Shown one piece after another: positions 1 through 64,000 of a stretch of 64,000 bases of DNA (position 1 is its first letter; each line of letters begins with the position of its first letter). Origin of the DNA: Tubiluchus corallicola (lineage: Eukaryota > Animalia > Priapulida); the NCBI GenBank assembly GCA_030141605.1, contig JAQGDQ010000150.1:62001-126000 (forward strand), in the 5' to 3' direction. A program made the position numbers and the translations under genes. The notes under the pieces are model-generated. The model ran no database searches. It saw only the letters and a program-made list of their open reading frames with translations, and was not told the origin of the DNA.

Positions 1-2207
1 TGTTTAGCAATACGCATGTCAATTATGTGTCGATTTTCTTCAAACCGCTGTCTCATGAGACTTTGTCGATATCGGTACAGATCTCTAAGATATAAAACCA
101 TGTTATGTAGCAAACAAATCAAAAATCTTTTTGTAATATCGTTTTTTCAATTTGCAGTTTTAAGAATTAATGAATAAAGTAACGTGTTTTGGACGTTTTA
201 AACAAAAAGGGAAATGCAAATAAAGTCAACTGAACAATATCAGCAAAAACAGCAAAGTTTTAAACTAGCACAAAATTTGAAAAATTCTCAAAGTATGAGC
301 AAAAATGAAAGTATGACTAAACAGTCAATACAATACAACAGTTAGATATAAGATATTAGGTCTATGATAAAAATATTTTTGATTATGATGCATTATGGTG
401 AATTATGATTATGATTCAAAAAGTAACACACTAAATTAAGTGAAATCAGTGATATGTAATAAATCTAGCAAGCATATTAGTTTAGACTTGTTCAACAGCC
501 AATATCCTTAAATTAATGGTACATGCACATGTAGACATTCCTTTTAATGCTAACCTATAAAAATTCCTTAATTTTAGGAACATCAAACATCAAGAAAAGT
601 TCATTACTGTGTATAATAAATGCACATATTCTAACAAACAGCAAAAATATATAACAAGTAACAAAATTGTTATGACAAAGCTGTTTTATATTGCAAACCT
701 ATGTTAAGTGACACCTCCTACAAATAAAAGCTTAAAATAAAATACAAAACCACACAGAAAAAAATTATACTGGGACGTTTGTTGGAATTTTTCCCTTTCG
801 TGTATTCTTTAAGAAATCTTGCATAAAATGTTAGGACTTTTTATAGAACTCTCACTCCACAAGCTGAGATTTAACAGCAGAGCCTATTCTGTGTAGAGCC
901 GTGCAGACTCACAGGCATCTAATGTCGTTATCAAGGATAATTTTCTAGGAAGAGATACTGGTATTTCAGTTATGTTAGATAATGTATACATATATCCTCT
1001 CTCAATAAGATAAATATTAAATACCCACATGTATCATGTAGCATGGCACTCCATACAAGTTTTAAAACCAGCTGCTATCCAAGCACATAGCAAAAAGCTG
1101 CCATGTTTTGTTATTCAACATACTAACAAAGCTACAGGTATCACTTTTTACATCTTTATGAAACTAGAAAGCTGGCAAAAACGCAAGATCTGATTTGCGC
1201 GCACACAAACACACACACACACACACACTTCTCGCAAATTCAAATTTGATAGGTACACATTTTTTAATGAACAGATGCAATATACATATACTTTGTCTCT
1301 TTTTAAACTTAACTTGTCTGAGTGATTCACTGAATGTATAGGCCTAATTACATTCACAGTTTATAACTTTAAAAAAAGCTGCTAAGATTGCTTCTTTTTC
1401 AAATGATTTCTAATGTTGGCCACAAAAGCAAGCAATAGCAATTTTATTTCATCTGTAAAACTTTTATAATGCAATATTTTTAAGGGAAACAAAAAAAAAT
1501 GTTCATTAGCAACTCAGACTCAGTACAGTAGATTGAAACCACACACATCTGCAAACAATGCTTCCTAAGATTAAATTAAAAAAGCCTCACAGTAAGCCCG
1601 CAAATTTAATGTCTGAAAAATTGTTTCATGTTCCTGCAGAGTTCTAGAAAATTTATGTGTTTATATCTTGTTAAGCATTTGTATTAACTGCAACTTTTGT
1701 TCATAAAAATTCAAGTAATTTCACTCATTGTAGAATAACATTTTATTATTTTTTAAAAACCTGTTTTATTAGGTTTGCTTTTCAATGTTTATAATACCAC
1801 TGTGTTATGAATTCTTATGATATAAATGAGTTGTGCACTGCAAAAAGTACAACTACACACTTATCATGTTATTGATGAGCAAAAATACTTCATGCAAATG
1901 AAATTAATGGCCAAATTCATTTCACATAAAGTGCCTTATGAAGACCTAAATGGCCTGCAAGGAGCTACCATGGATTATGGCTAACAGCTTATGATGAGCG
2001 GCAACTGGATTATCTCTGTGTGACAGGATCATTCGTCAGCATACATTCATTTTTACCACCTCTTCTTCTCACAGCTCACGGATTATGTCCAGCTCTGTGT
2101 GACTCCGGTCTTAGGGACTCAAATGAATTTTATGTTTCACTTCAGTGTTAGCTATCTAGAATGCTTTGTCAGCATTTATAGTTAAAAATTTTATTATAGT
2201 TCTGTAA

Positions 2208-4557
2208 GGAAGTGGATATTGTTCTGATGAATGGAATCCTGTATTTGCGAGATACTGGTCTGATCATCGGAACAGTGACTTTATTGTTGATCAAGCTCCG
2301 ATCATCAAAACCATGAACTTTGCTGTGTGCAAATTCCGATCATCAAAAAATTGATATTCTTCTGACAATCAGGATCACAGTTAAACTAATACACGCTGTA
2401 CTTGAATCAACTCCCACCTGAATTGCTACTGGCATGGAAGGTGCTCTGAACACCACTTTCATCTGGAAAAGCACTAAAGCAGCCAACAGAAAATGTGGTA
2501 CCCAACGTCCTAATTGTGGGCAACGAACATATGTACAATACAAATCATGAGGATATTTTTGTACAAGAGAGCCATTGGGTATAGATTTTTTAAAACTTAA
2601 TTAAAATAATGTCTGGTGTGATTGTGTAGTTTTATACCAGGTTTGTTTATACCTAACAGGGCATAGTACAGCAATTTTTAAACCTACCTACCCCTAAACC
2701 TAACTACCTTATAGAAGTGCCCGTCTGCTGTCACAGACAGTGCAGATCACTGGAAAAAATCGTCTGGAAGCAGAACATTAAGAAATAAGTTGAAGGTTCT
2801 GTAATTTAAATATACATTTTAGAAAATATAACTGGAAGAGATATGATAAAACACAGCGACAACTAAAAAAGATTTATGTAGTGCATAAGGGAGCAAAAAT
2901 GTCATTTTAATTCAAATTTTAGTTCATTATGCAAGATGGTTGCTCTTAACTCATTAGTATTTATAGTAAACAGCCCAACACGAAAGTAGCTTACCTGCCT
3001 CTAGTCGATTTATTGACAGATTTCACAAAGAAAAACTACTTTCAGACAAAATGTGTAAACTGATATCAAATTTGGGAACATTATTAGTTCTTACTTCTTT
3101 ATAATCAAGGAATGCTGAGGCAGAGTCACATTTTTTACAGTTTCCTGAAATTTAGTTGCCACAGAGTTTTGAAGTTAACTACAGTCTAACCTCGTTACCT
3201 CACCACTGTCCGTCTAGGGCAAATTTTTGGCGAGAGGCGAGTATGGCGAGATAACGGGAATATAACGAAGTTAATCTATATGTATATACATACTGTACAC
3301 AATAGTTGATTAACATAGTGTTCCTCTATGTACATATAAAATATATTTCGCATTACGATACCAATCAACATTAAATCAGAAATGAAAAAATGTCATAAAA
3401 ATAATCTTAGAATGTTACTTTTTTATTTAAAAAACCTTTTTCGAGTATACACTTAAATGCAATAAACTTAGCAAAAGATTTAGAAATGTTCACAAATGAG
3501 TTACTGACGACTGAAATAATTCAGAAGAGACGACTGTTTCATTGATGATACACGCAAGCAGTCAACACGAAGCAGTCAGAGACATCATGTAAAGTTGCTC
3601 ACACTTTGTGGAAACTCAAACTTAAACACAGCTTTGGTGTTATAGAGTAAGGATATCTGTGATGCTTAGTTTCTCTGCGCATTAACTAACCACAGCACTC
3701 CTAATCTAATCCTGGTGAGACACACACTAGATTAATTATGTCTGTCTATCAAGTACAGCAGCATTGTCTACATACCGCGGTTATATTGATCGATTCACCT
3801 CTGAGTTTGTCTGTTTGGCGACATAACGAATTTAGTTTACATAAGCACTCATCCTAGCATGACGTGGCGAGGGCGAGAAGCGAGGGTGGCGACTTAACGA
3901 GGTAAATATCAAAGCAGGAAATCCGTCCTGGTACTTTCTATGGCGAGAGACGAGTTTGGCGGCATAACGAGGGGCGAGATAACGAGGTTAGACTGTACAT
4001 TAAAAAGCTTATTTGCATCTAAAAGATGAAAGAATTTTTTTGCTCTATTAGAAAAATGTGACTTTATGAAAAACTATTGAGTCGCAACTGCTTAAACCTG
4101 TTTTCTGTGATGTCAAAAACACACTTAGTCAACAGTATTATCTTATTTTGCAACATAGCTGTTTGTTTATCAGACGTCAGCCACTGACGGGCAGTAACTG
4201 GCAGGCCAGTCAGGCTCGATTTTTTTTCAAGCAGCGGAGTCAGCATTGCAAGGTCGCCTCTGCATGTCAAAGCACTGAAGGTGGAGCTAAGCGAACCTTG
4301 CCTTCAAGAGTGTTTAGTGTTTATGTGCTTTTGTGTTAACATATTCCATTTGTCATTTTATATATTTCAAGTTATTCCCTTAGATATTTGCTACATTTAA
4401 ACTAAGTTCTTGGAACACTAGAGATCAAGTTTGGAAAGTTTTTGCTAATTTTAGCTACGTGATTATTGGAAATTTATCCTTCAGAAATGTTGTTTCTATC
4501 ATGGGAACAATATCATTCGGAAACGTGGTTCCGATCATCGGAACAATATCCACTTCC
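2208..4557. mobile_element. Non-autonomous TIR DNA element with TAA TSD (PIF/Harbinger-like, tentative)
   Basis: GGAAGTGGATATTGTTC at the left end and its reverse complement at the right end; TAA on both flanks. Confidence 0.65.
3182..3995. mobile_element. Tigger/pogo-type MITE nested in the preceding element
   Basis: TIR CAGTCTAACCTCGTTA / TAACGAGGTTAGACTG, TA TSD, repeated GGCGAG subterminal motifs. Confidence 0.88.
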
Positions 4558-4759
4558 TAATTAAAAATCTACTACTGATGTTTGAACACCTTACTCAACT
4601 CATGCAATTAGAACGCAAAGTTTATAACGACTACAGATGTAGTAGCTGTGAAGATTAATAATAAGGACACAAAAACAGCTGCAAATTGCAGCAACCAAAC
4701 TCATGAACTAAATAATTACGTTAAAACTTAAAGATACGACTATGACAGCAATACAAATT

Positions 4760-5060
4760 GCTAAATCCGAATGTAAACACCTGTGCATTGAATAAGATTC
4801 GATATTCCTTAACGCTCTTTTGTATAATCTGCATACTCGCTGCGTGTGACTAATCAAAGACGTTTGTAAATGAGCCATTTTTTGTTAAGATAAAGAACTA
4901 AACGTAAAATATCTCAGGCAAATCTCAGCGATGAGGCCATAATAATAAGTTTCACTGGTGCTGCCATCTGGGAACGAATTAAAAATACTTTTACAAAATT
5001 CAAATTCAGTTTATTTAAAAATTTATTTTATCGCTCCTAATCCGCTGCGTAATTTTATAA
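4760..5060 (+). mobile_element. Decayed CR1-like LINE 3' fragment
   Basis: Residual ISFTGAAIW...FSLFKN, resembling the CR1 ORF2 C-terminus; boundaries approximate. Confidence 0.4.
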
Positions 5061-6179
5061 AATGCTTGTATAATAATTTCATTTGACGCGTATATGTGTG
5101 TCTTATAATTAGCTTTTCCGAACTTTTTATGTTTAGGTAGATGTCTGTTCATTAAAATAGCGCTACTTTATGTTTTCTCTACTTTATCTAGTCTTTTTTG
5201 CCACCTAAATTTAGCATCACAAACATTATTATGCTTAATTAATGTGCAACGTAGTGGCTAACAGTAAGTTTCTGTTTAATGTTTAATTCTGTACGTCAGT
5301 ATTAGTGTTACAAGTTTAAAACGTTTAACTTGAAAGAATTATTATATTCAAGACTCAACCACAAAATAGTTCGGAGACATTTCAGAGTTCTGCAGTCATC
5401 AGTTATATACTTTGGCTGCAGTTGATTAATAATTATGTTGCTATAAAATTCTCACTGGTTTGTACAGTATAATAGTAATTATATTTAAGTGCAATCAAAC
5501 TAAGATTATATCCTTAAAAAGCTGATGTCACTATCAGTTTTTCCTGAAATTTTTTACTAAACTAAAGAAATTAGGATAATTTGAAACTATATCTTAGATG
5601 TTTGAAAGTTTCGAATTAATGAAAAGTTCATAATGGCTATGCAGTATGCAGTAGCTGTTCTTCTAGGTTAAACATAATTATGTCACAAAAAGCAGGTGCA
5701 ATCAAACCTCAGCAAAAGGTTATAGGCATTTGCCTTAGATCTATTTACTATTCCTTATATTAATCGAAAAAGCTGGAAATGTGGTACGATAATAATCACT
5801 AAAGAATAAACTTAAAAATTTTGATTGAAAAAAACTTGTTCTAAAACAATTTGCCTAAAAATGATAACAATTAGAGGAAGTTTAAATGACCACTTTGGGC
5901 ATTTGTTACTATAATAATTATTATTGGGAAAACTTTACTAGCCATCGTTATACTGTTATACACCATTATCATAATATGTCAGTATAGTTTTTTCCTTCAT
6001 TGTAATGTATTGCATTTTTTATGTTTTGTAACTTGTAATTGTATGTATTGCAAATCGTTAATAAATGATATAACTTATGATACTATCATTACTAGATTCT
6101 GTGTTTGGATGACCAACATCATAATTATGAAACTGCATCACATGCAGATATAACACAAACAAAACATATAATGTACTTA

Positions 6180-6410
6180 CTAGCCAAAGCCATGCAAAAT
6201 ATTTTTGTCATAAATAAACTTATAATCTATAATGCGCGAACATCTTACATACCGTCCATTTAGTATTTTTGCACATTATCTTGTACAAAACCAGCAAGCA
6301 GCTTTTACTGAAGCAAAGTTATAAGCAGAGCAGAGATGAAGTCAGAACACTGCGGGCTTTACGTCAGCAGTTTTCAAGCGAGAATTGAACGAAATGGAAC
6401 CTCAAAATGT
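6180..6410 (-). mobile_element. Helitron-like 3' fragment, same family as the 12380-15567 array
   Basis: A|CTAG terminus, degenerate hairpin, blocks homologous to 12380-12595 (gcgaacatcttacata, gcttttactgaa, cgtcagcagtttt). Confidence 0.7.
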
Positions 6411-9400
6411 ATATATCAGCAGAAAAGATGTGTTAGATAAAATGAAATAATTTCTGATGAATTCAATAAGAGTAGTTTATTTTAATCAATACATTTCACC
6501 TCAAGACAAAGTATCTTATTTAACACACACCTGTACAATCATTACAATTTGCAAGTCCTGCATCATATAAATGTGCTTTAATGTTTAAATTCCTTCTAGG
6601 AATAGCAAAAAATTAGCACACCAGTGAAGTCACACAAAACCTGTTAAGGCTGAGAAAATTCACAGTTCATCAATGTATGAATAACTGAAGTGCCCTCGCA
6701 TTTTTTATAGTTTTTTAATGAATTGTACAAAAATATATATATCACACTATAGTAATTGGTTATAGCTATAGGAATCTACAGGCTGATAGAATTGCAAAAA
6801 ATCTTACGTAATTAAATAATAGATGATAAACGTACATAGCTACTACACAATTTCAATTACAATGTATTAAGTGGACTAGAAATACATAATAATTAATTAC
6901 TTGAACAAAATATTTTTAACTGCATATTTTTGTAGGTTAATGTATGGTTATGTTTTTATTAGACAATGGATAGCAATCGACAGTCAAAACACCAAAATAA
7001 CACATCTACCAATTATACATGCATAATTTAAATGATCTATTTACTTGGTATCAGCAGTATCATCACAAAGGTAGACAGCACATTCGAGTATGCATTACGT
7101 AGACTTTAATAACCCAATTAAATTCCCCAATAGCACAAATAACTTCAGAACAACAATATACCAAATAGATCAAATTTTAACTAAACAGCAATTTTTAATT
7201 ATTATATGTAGACCAATCAGTCAGACAATCACTGATGAGGCACATGCAGTAACAAGCAATTCAGCATTAAAAGCTATAACATGAAAATAAAGTTATTAAA
7301 CAAACATATTATTTAATACTACCATATATGTAATTAAAATGAATGTAATTGGGTGTAACTCTTTTTCAGCAATGCTACGTCTCATTTATCTATACAGACT
7401 TCTTGTGTTTAACCTAATTTAGAAGTTGTTGTTACATTCAGACAGGCAGTGTGTACAAGTCAAGACAATCACAAAAACTTTAATACTAAGACAAAAATTT
7501 ATGAAATAAGGAAAACTGACACATAAGCATACACCACAAAGCACCAATGCAAGTATGGCCTAAACTCAATCATTCACAATATCTATTTTAAATGGTTATC
7601 AGAAAATTCTTGACAAAATTTTCATGAAAGTTTCTTAAGAGAAAGATTTACAGCCATCTGAACATACAGAAACTACAATAAAGTTTGGTCTATAATTTAA
7701 CAATAGTACTATACTACAACTACACGAAGCACGAATGAAATACAATTGTGCAAGTATCTGTAGAGACAACATGTAGCTTAATTAACAAAAAAAACTTTTA
7801 GCAATATACATGTACATATACCAATAATTAAGCAAATATACCACATTGAAAAACTTTGAAAAATCATTCATTCTTCCTAAGACAAAAGAAAAATATGTGC
7901 AGCAGCAGCGATTATTAAATCTGAAACATAGTGACACAACGATCCATCAATCAGTTTCAATAGTGCTTACAATATTGTAAGCTGTGCAAGTGAAAATTAA
8001 TTGCATTATCTCGGTTTCTTGACAATTAGGTATCAATTTGACGTTATTTGTGAGCGCGATAATTCTTAATTGCGTTTCTAAATTCCACTTTAAGGAAACC
8101 GTAAGTACTGTCAATGAACTAAATGCTTGCTAGATGCAGGTGACCTGACAAACCTCTAGAAGAATGTGCACACAAAGAGGAAGCACAGAATGAAACGTTT
8201 AAAACTTTCTAACTTTGCCCAAGGTTACCAATAATAATTATTAGTGACATCACAACAATATTTTTTATCTATGACTAGCATCTAAGCTCTAAAACATTTT
8301 TTATCAGATGCAAAAGTGATCTACCAACTTTTGGTGTTTTTTGTTGTTACTGACATAGCTCAATTAGAAAACACATGCTCAAATTATTATTGACTACGCA
8401 AATAAAAGTTAAGCTGGTGCATTCAAGGCAACTAAATGTATCAGCTTGTGTCTTCTAACTGTTGATCGACAATCTATTCAGACAGATTATTAAAGGTTGG
8501 TTGGTACTAAAAAATATGGCAACAATGTTGACTAGAACTAAGTGAATCAACCTGTAGCTTGTGCATGTCACAAAAATGATCAAACCTTGACAGAAATTAC
8601 AAGTGTCCTTTGCTTAGGATGTGGAACTACCCAGCCTGAATATTATAATTAAAATGCACCCATGCTGGTTGGCATAAAAAGCAATGCTAAAGAGCCAAAG
8701 TAAGTGTAAATGAACCAACATGTCTATGGAACAAATGCAACTGAGCAAGGGAAAAGTTCAACTATCATGTTAGGTTGACGATACTTGAGTCGTCATGTTA
8801 AAATCATAGTGGTCAGAAAGATATGAGTAAATGGTATATACATGTAGATCAATTAACTGTATCATCTCATGAACTCTAGCAAACTTGCATGTGCTAACTC
8901 CAACATAATTCACAGTTCAAAATGAGATTTCAGTGAAGAATTAGGTCACATGAAGAATTGAACATATAATCTACTTGCAATGAACAGCAAAATGCAGCAA
9001 CAGCTTTGTTTTAGCACATAACATCGTCGAGCTCCTTATAGGTTCTGAGCTAAAAGACAACATTTTGCATGAAAAGAAATAAACAAATAAAAAAAGTTTA
9101 GAAAATCAAAGGTATTTTAAAGAGCACTGATTAATGAATAGTGTAAAAGTATTAATTTGAACCTACCAATGCAAACATACTAAAAATGCTTTGGTGCCCA
9201 ATAAAGCACTACTGACAAATTTATTTGTGAATAAATAAATATTCCTCCATGCATGACAGTCCCACTCAGAAATTTTAATGTTCCATTGTTAATGCACGGT
9301 AAAAGTTAACACAGGAACAATGTGATTATAAATTTACCATTTTTTGTGGAAAATTAAATTGTCAGGCATTTGAAAAATACACAAAAACATTGAACAATGT

Positions 9401-10191
9401 TTAGATGCTCGTTAAATTACTGTTAAGAAAATCACACACTGGCATTGAACATCTGATCTGTAAGCTTAAACGATTTCCAAAACAATGAAGGTGCAAGTGT
9501 CATAATAGCTACAACAACAAATGCAAAAATTATGACAGGCAAATTAGACAACAACATTTGCCTCCTGCACACATGCAGGCACGTACGCACGCGCACACAC
9601 ACACAAGTTTTGTAACACCTTTCTACTGCTGCGACAGAATCAAGTTTTTCAGTGCACTTGATCAAACTGCCACTTTCTGAAACCCATCACGTGCATAAAA
9701 TACCTTAACATGAAAAACATCCGTGGGGAATCAGCAAGGTCCCACTGTAATTAAGCAATGAAGTTAACAATGAAGTTTGTCGGGTTTTTATGAATTTAAT
9801 GTATTAATTTGTACATGCATGAGAAACTGTAAGCAACCATCTTCTGTATTTTTTTACATAATAAGTATCTCAAACGAGCTTTAATGTCAAAGAAAAGAGA
9901 GCTGTAGAATATAAAATTTAAATGTAATACAATACAATGCAGCTACACTGCTACCTACATCACTAATTAGAATATCAGGTATGTGAAGATCATAAAGCCA
10001 TCTCTTCTAAAAATTTAGATAATTAAAGTCGTTTTCTGTATAAACAGTCAATACACATGCAAAACTCAAAAACACCACTGCATTTTAACTGAGAAGCAAA
10101 CCACTGAGCCAATGATCACAGACTAAAAAAATATCAAAATCCATTATACTTCTCACAACTGTGTATATTATGCACTATGACAAGCAAAGCC

Positions 10192-43885
<33,694 letters not shown>

Positions 43886-44379
43886 GGTGTTTTCTATGAT
43901 TTGCTGCTGTTGGCAACGTGGGAAACTGGAAATCTCTCGCTTTTAGTGACTTTCGTCACCTACTCGGGGCACAATGATCAATCCTCGCGCTAACCCCAAC
44001 CTTTAGTACGCAAGGGACAAGTATTACAATTATAAATTGCTGTTGAACCGGAAGGTTTAATGAGGAATTAGATAATAACACTAATATAAATTAACTGTAA
44101 ATTCATTTAAATCAAAATTAGCTGGACACTATCAGCATCGCCCATTGAAATTCAATCGTCAGGCTAATTGGAATATACCTATAACAAGGATGCTGGATTA
44201 CATATTATAGTGAGAACCTGACAGTGGAACAAGCTAGGTGTTAATGGTAATCTAATATAATAGTATGTGGAATTTGTCGTAATTACAATGGAAGAATTAT
44301 TCATCTCAAGTTTCATTTACTGGAGATTTACTACTACTACCACTGTATTACTAATAGTTATTAGATTTTTCCACTTTGT

Positions 44380-44780
44380 ATCAGACTACAGTAGTTAAAA
44401 CCAAAGGATAAACTGGAGTCGAAGTTTTTAGCCAAAATGTGCATTTTGATTTTATACAACTACAAGTGGTATTCCAATCCTGTGAGTCAGAATTCGCTGC
44501 CACCATCTCTAAAATTTAATATTGAACTATATATGTATAACGCATCCAACATTGAATGTCTGTGCGCAGTAAAATTATGAATATGAAAGGTAGAGTGCTA
44601 ATACTTCCTGCACATACTGTTGCTTTTGCTACTAGACACTCAAAATTGTATAAGCAAAGTCGTTAATAATAGCCTCCCACTGGATAGTAACAACATCCCA
44701 CTGGAGCTAATTGAGGCTCCATCTATAAATGACTTTAAGTCTGAGTTTTGGTTAAATTTTACAGTGATATACACTTAAAA
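44380..44780 (+). mobile_element. Decayed LINE 3' fragment between FEN1 and GLG1
   Basis: NIPLELIEAPSINDFKS-like C-terminal motif; boundaries approximate. Confidence 0.45.
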
Positions 44781-46258
44781 CTGATCTGCATGAGCTTTAA
44801 ACAGTTCACCACACAAATAAGTTTTCTATTTAATCAACAACAGTACCATACACGTCAATGATATAGTGCAATATCATTTCTGCTGCCTCGACCTGTGCAT
44901 TTTTAATTCATTTCAGATAAAAAATACATATGACTACTGGCTGATCGACCATTTATGTCACTTTTAAATTGTTCGTGGGTCAACATACCACTGCTTGAAC
45001 ACGTATAGAGTGTGCCAAAAAAACTTCAGGAAGTTTATATTGCGGTAAAATATTTGGCTATAATATATACGTAGAATATATTATATATATATAATATACC
45101 TAGGCTAAATAAGAAATCTACTTCTTGTTTTGCCTTAAAGACAAATCATACATAAAAAAACTATCCACCAACTTCATTGTTATATGCCAATATTAAAGCA
45201 GTGCTATTTCAACTTTCGCCTGTGTAGAAGCAGTGTAACATAAAACTGCTAGCAAACGCTTTTCTAGTGACTGAGAGAGAAAAAAATTAAGGAATTAATA
45301 TTAGCCAATCGCATTAACCAAGGTCCAATTGAATGCCGTAACTAAACTGCACCTTTGTGGTTTTGGGCTTAATTATTTTTCTAAACATGCACAAGTTAAT
45401 TTGTAGGATATCGTTTTATTACAGTAGTGTGTGCATATATTTGCAATATAATATGCATCTTTAATTTACAGGAATACCTATTAATAGTAATTGCACATTA
45501 AAAATTTATCCTATTACAACTTTAACAGTTACCTAAAAACAACTACAAAATGATAAAAAGATGCCTATTCTGGGAAATTCTTATACTTAATTATACATCT
45601 GTTGAAGATAGTGTTTAAGCATTTATTAATTAAATTCATATAAACAAACGAGAAGATCAATGATATAAGCATTTCTGCTTTTATAGCAATGCTATGCCAA
45701 TGAAAATGTTGCTATCGCTTTGAAGCTAATGAGTGAAATGATCATGCTACATATATTCCAATGCACTATGTACTGAGAAGCATTTGCACATATTAGCTAT
45801 TCTAAATCTGTGAATAAACATACACATATTATTACTCACAGGTACCAATTTCCCCAAAGAAACTCTTAATGTAATTAGTATGCACAATTGCACACCTCAC
45901 CCACAAATTAGACTCAACATGTTGCAACATCTATAGACTTTTAGACCTATCAATCAGCTTGCCAATTTCTGCTCCACATATAACAAGAGCGATACCAGAC
46001 CACTGCATGTTGATTAATATGACATAATGAAATGCGTAATGCACACTTCCAAGTGGTACATGAAATGCAACTTTTTTGGGGTAAATGCCCCAGAAATTAC
46101 AGATGCGTATACAGGGCTTTATCTGCTCAAGAGACCTACATAAAGTATTTTTGAGCCAGGGGTTAAAAAATTAGAGACAGAGGAGACCAAAACTTCTAAT
46201 AATCATATTTAAGAAGCATTAGCCAAAATCTCCCAGACATGCACTTTAAATGACAAAA

Positions 46259-63576
<17,318 letters not shown>

Positions 63577-64000
63577 CTACAAGAATTTACAGTGACTGTT
63601 ATTAAAGACCTCAACATTATAAGCAGCATAACGTCACTGTAGTGATGGTACATTGGTTGCATTTTCATAATTTATTAAGTGGATACGAAATTAGTTTGTT
63701 AATACATTACAATCAGCTATAATTGATTGCAATGCTATTATTTATAACACTAGAAAGCAGTCTCGCAAGAAAACCAGAAGATCATGCCTATGAGAAACCT
63801 TTGCAATATCGTGTAAGCAATAATGTGTAATAAACTGCCCATGAGCACACCAAGTTGCTACACAAAGGCAATAAGGTAGCATAATATTGCTTGATTTCAT
63901 ATTGCTTTGTTGGGTGCTTTTTTGTGAATTGTCCCAAAAATAAGTTAAAATGTTAGTAAAATCAATTAGCATTGTCAACTGAAAAAGTAATTGATAATCA

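Noticed and set aside
1-10191. Additional protein-coding gene downstream of GLG1
   Set aside because: Only short AT-rich ORFs with no recognisable motifs or phase-consistent exon chain; the GLG1 3' UTR end cannot be placed.
43911-44056. ACGTGG (UPR/Golgi-stress-like) and CCGGAAG (ETS-like) motifs upstream of GLG1
   Set aside because: Short motifs expected by chance, and the TSS is unknown.

Overview
AT-rich, intron-rich animal genomic DNA, probably from an invertebrate; the species cannot be determined from sequence alone. Two host genes lie in tandem on the minus strand. (1) A complete GLG1 (Golgi apparatus protein 1 / ESL-1 / MG-160): 25 coding exons assembled by hand, all with GT-AG junctions and consistent phases, 3399 nt = 1132 aa, 43885->10192. 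(2) The 3' seven coding exons of FEN1 (63576->46259; the 5' end is beyond the window). A 9286-bp, apparently intact Ty3/Gypsy LTR retrotransposon (47621-56906, ATAT target-site duplication) sits in sense orientation in the FEN1 intron just before the PCNA-binding (PIP-box) exon. Its most unusual property is LTR asymmetry: the two LTRs are identical over 199 bp (inferred U3 plus the start of R) but clearly divergent over the remaining ~187 bp (R-U5), with the switch at the predicted transcription start. It also has a tRNA-Leu PBS with a 3-nt bulge and a non-canonical -1 frameshift site followed by a predicted pseudoknot. Introns and intergenic DNA carry a tandem array of non-autonomous Helitron-like units nested in a hAT-type MITE, several Tigger/pogo and hAT MITEs, decayed CR1-like LINEs, long (GA)n tracts and a 99-bp minisatellite that is open in three reading frames. 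All alignments and folds were done by eye; no database searches were run.
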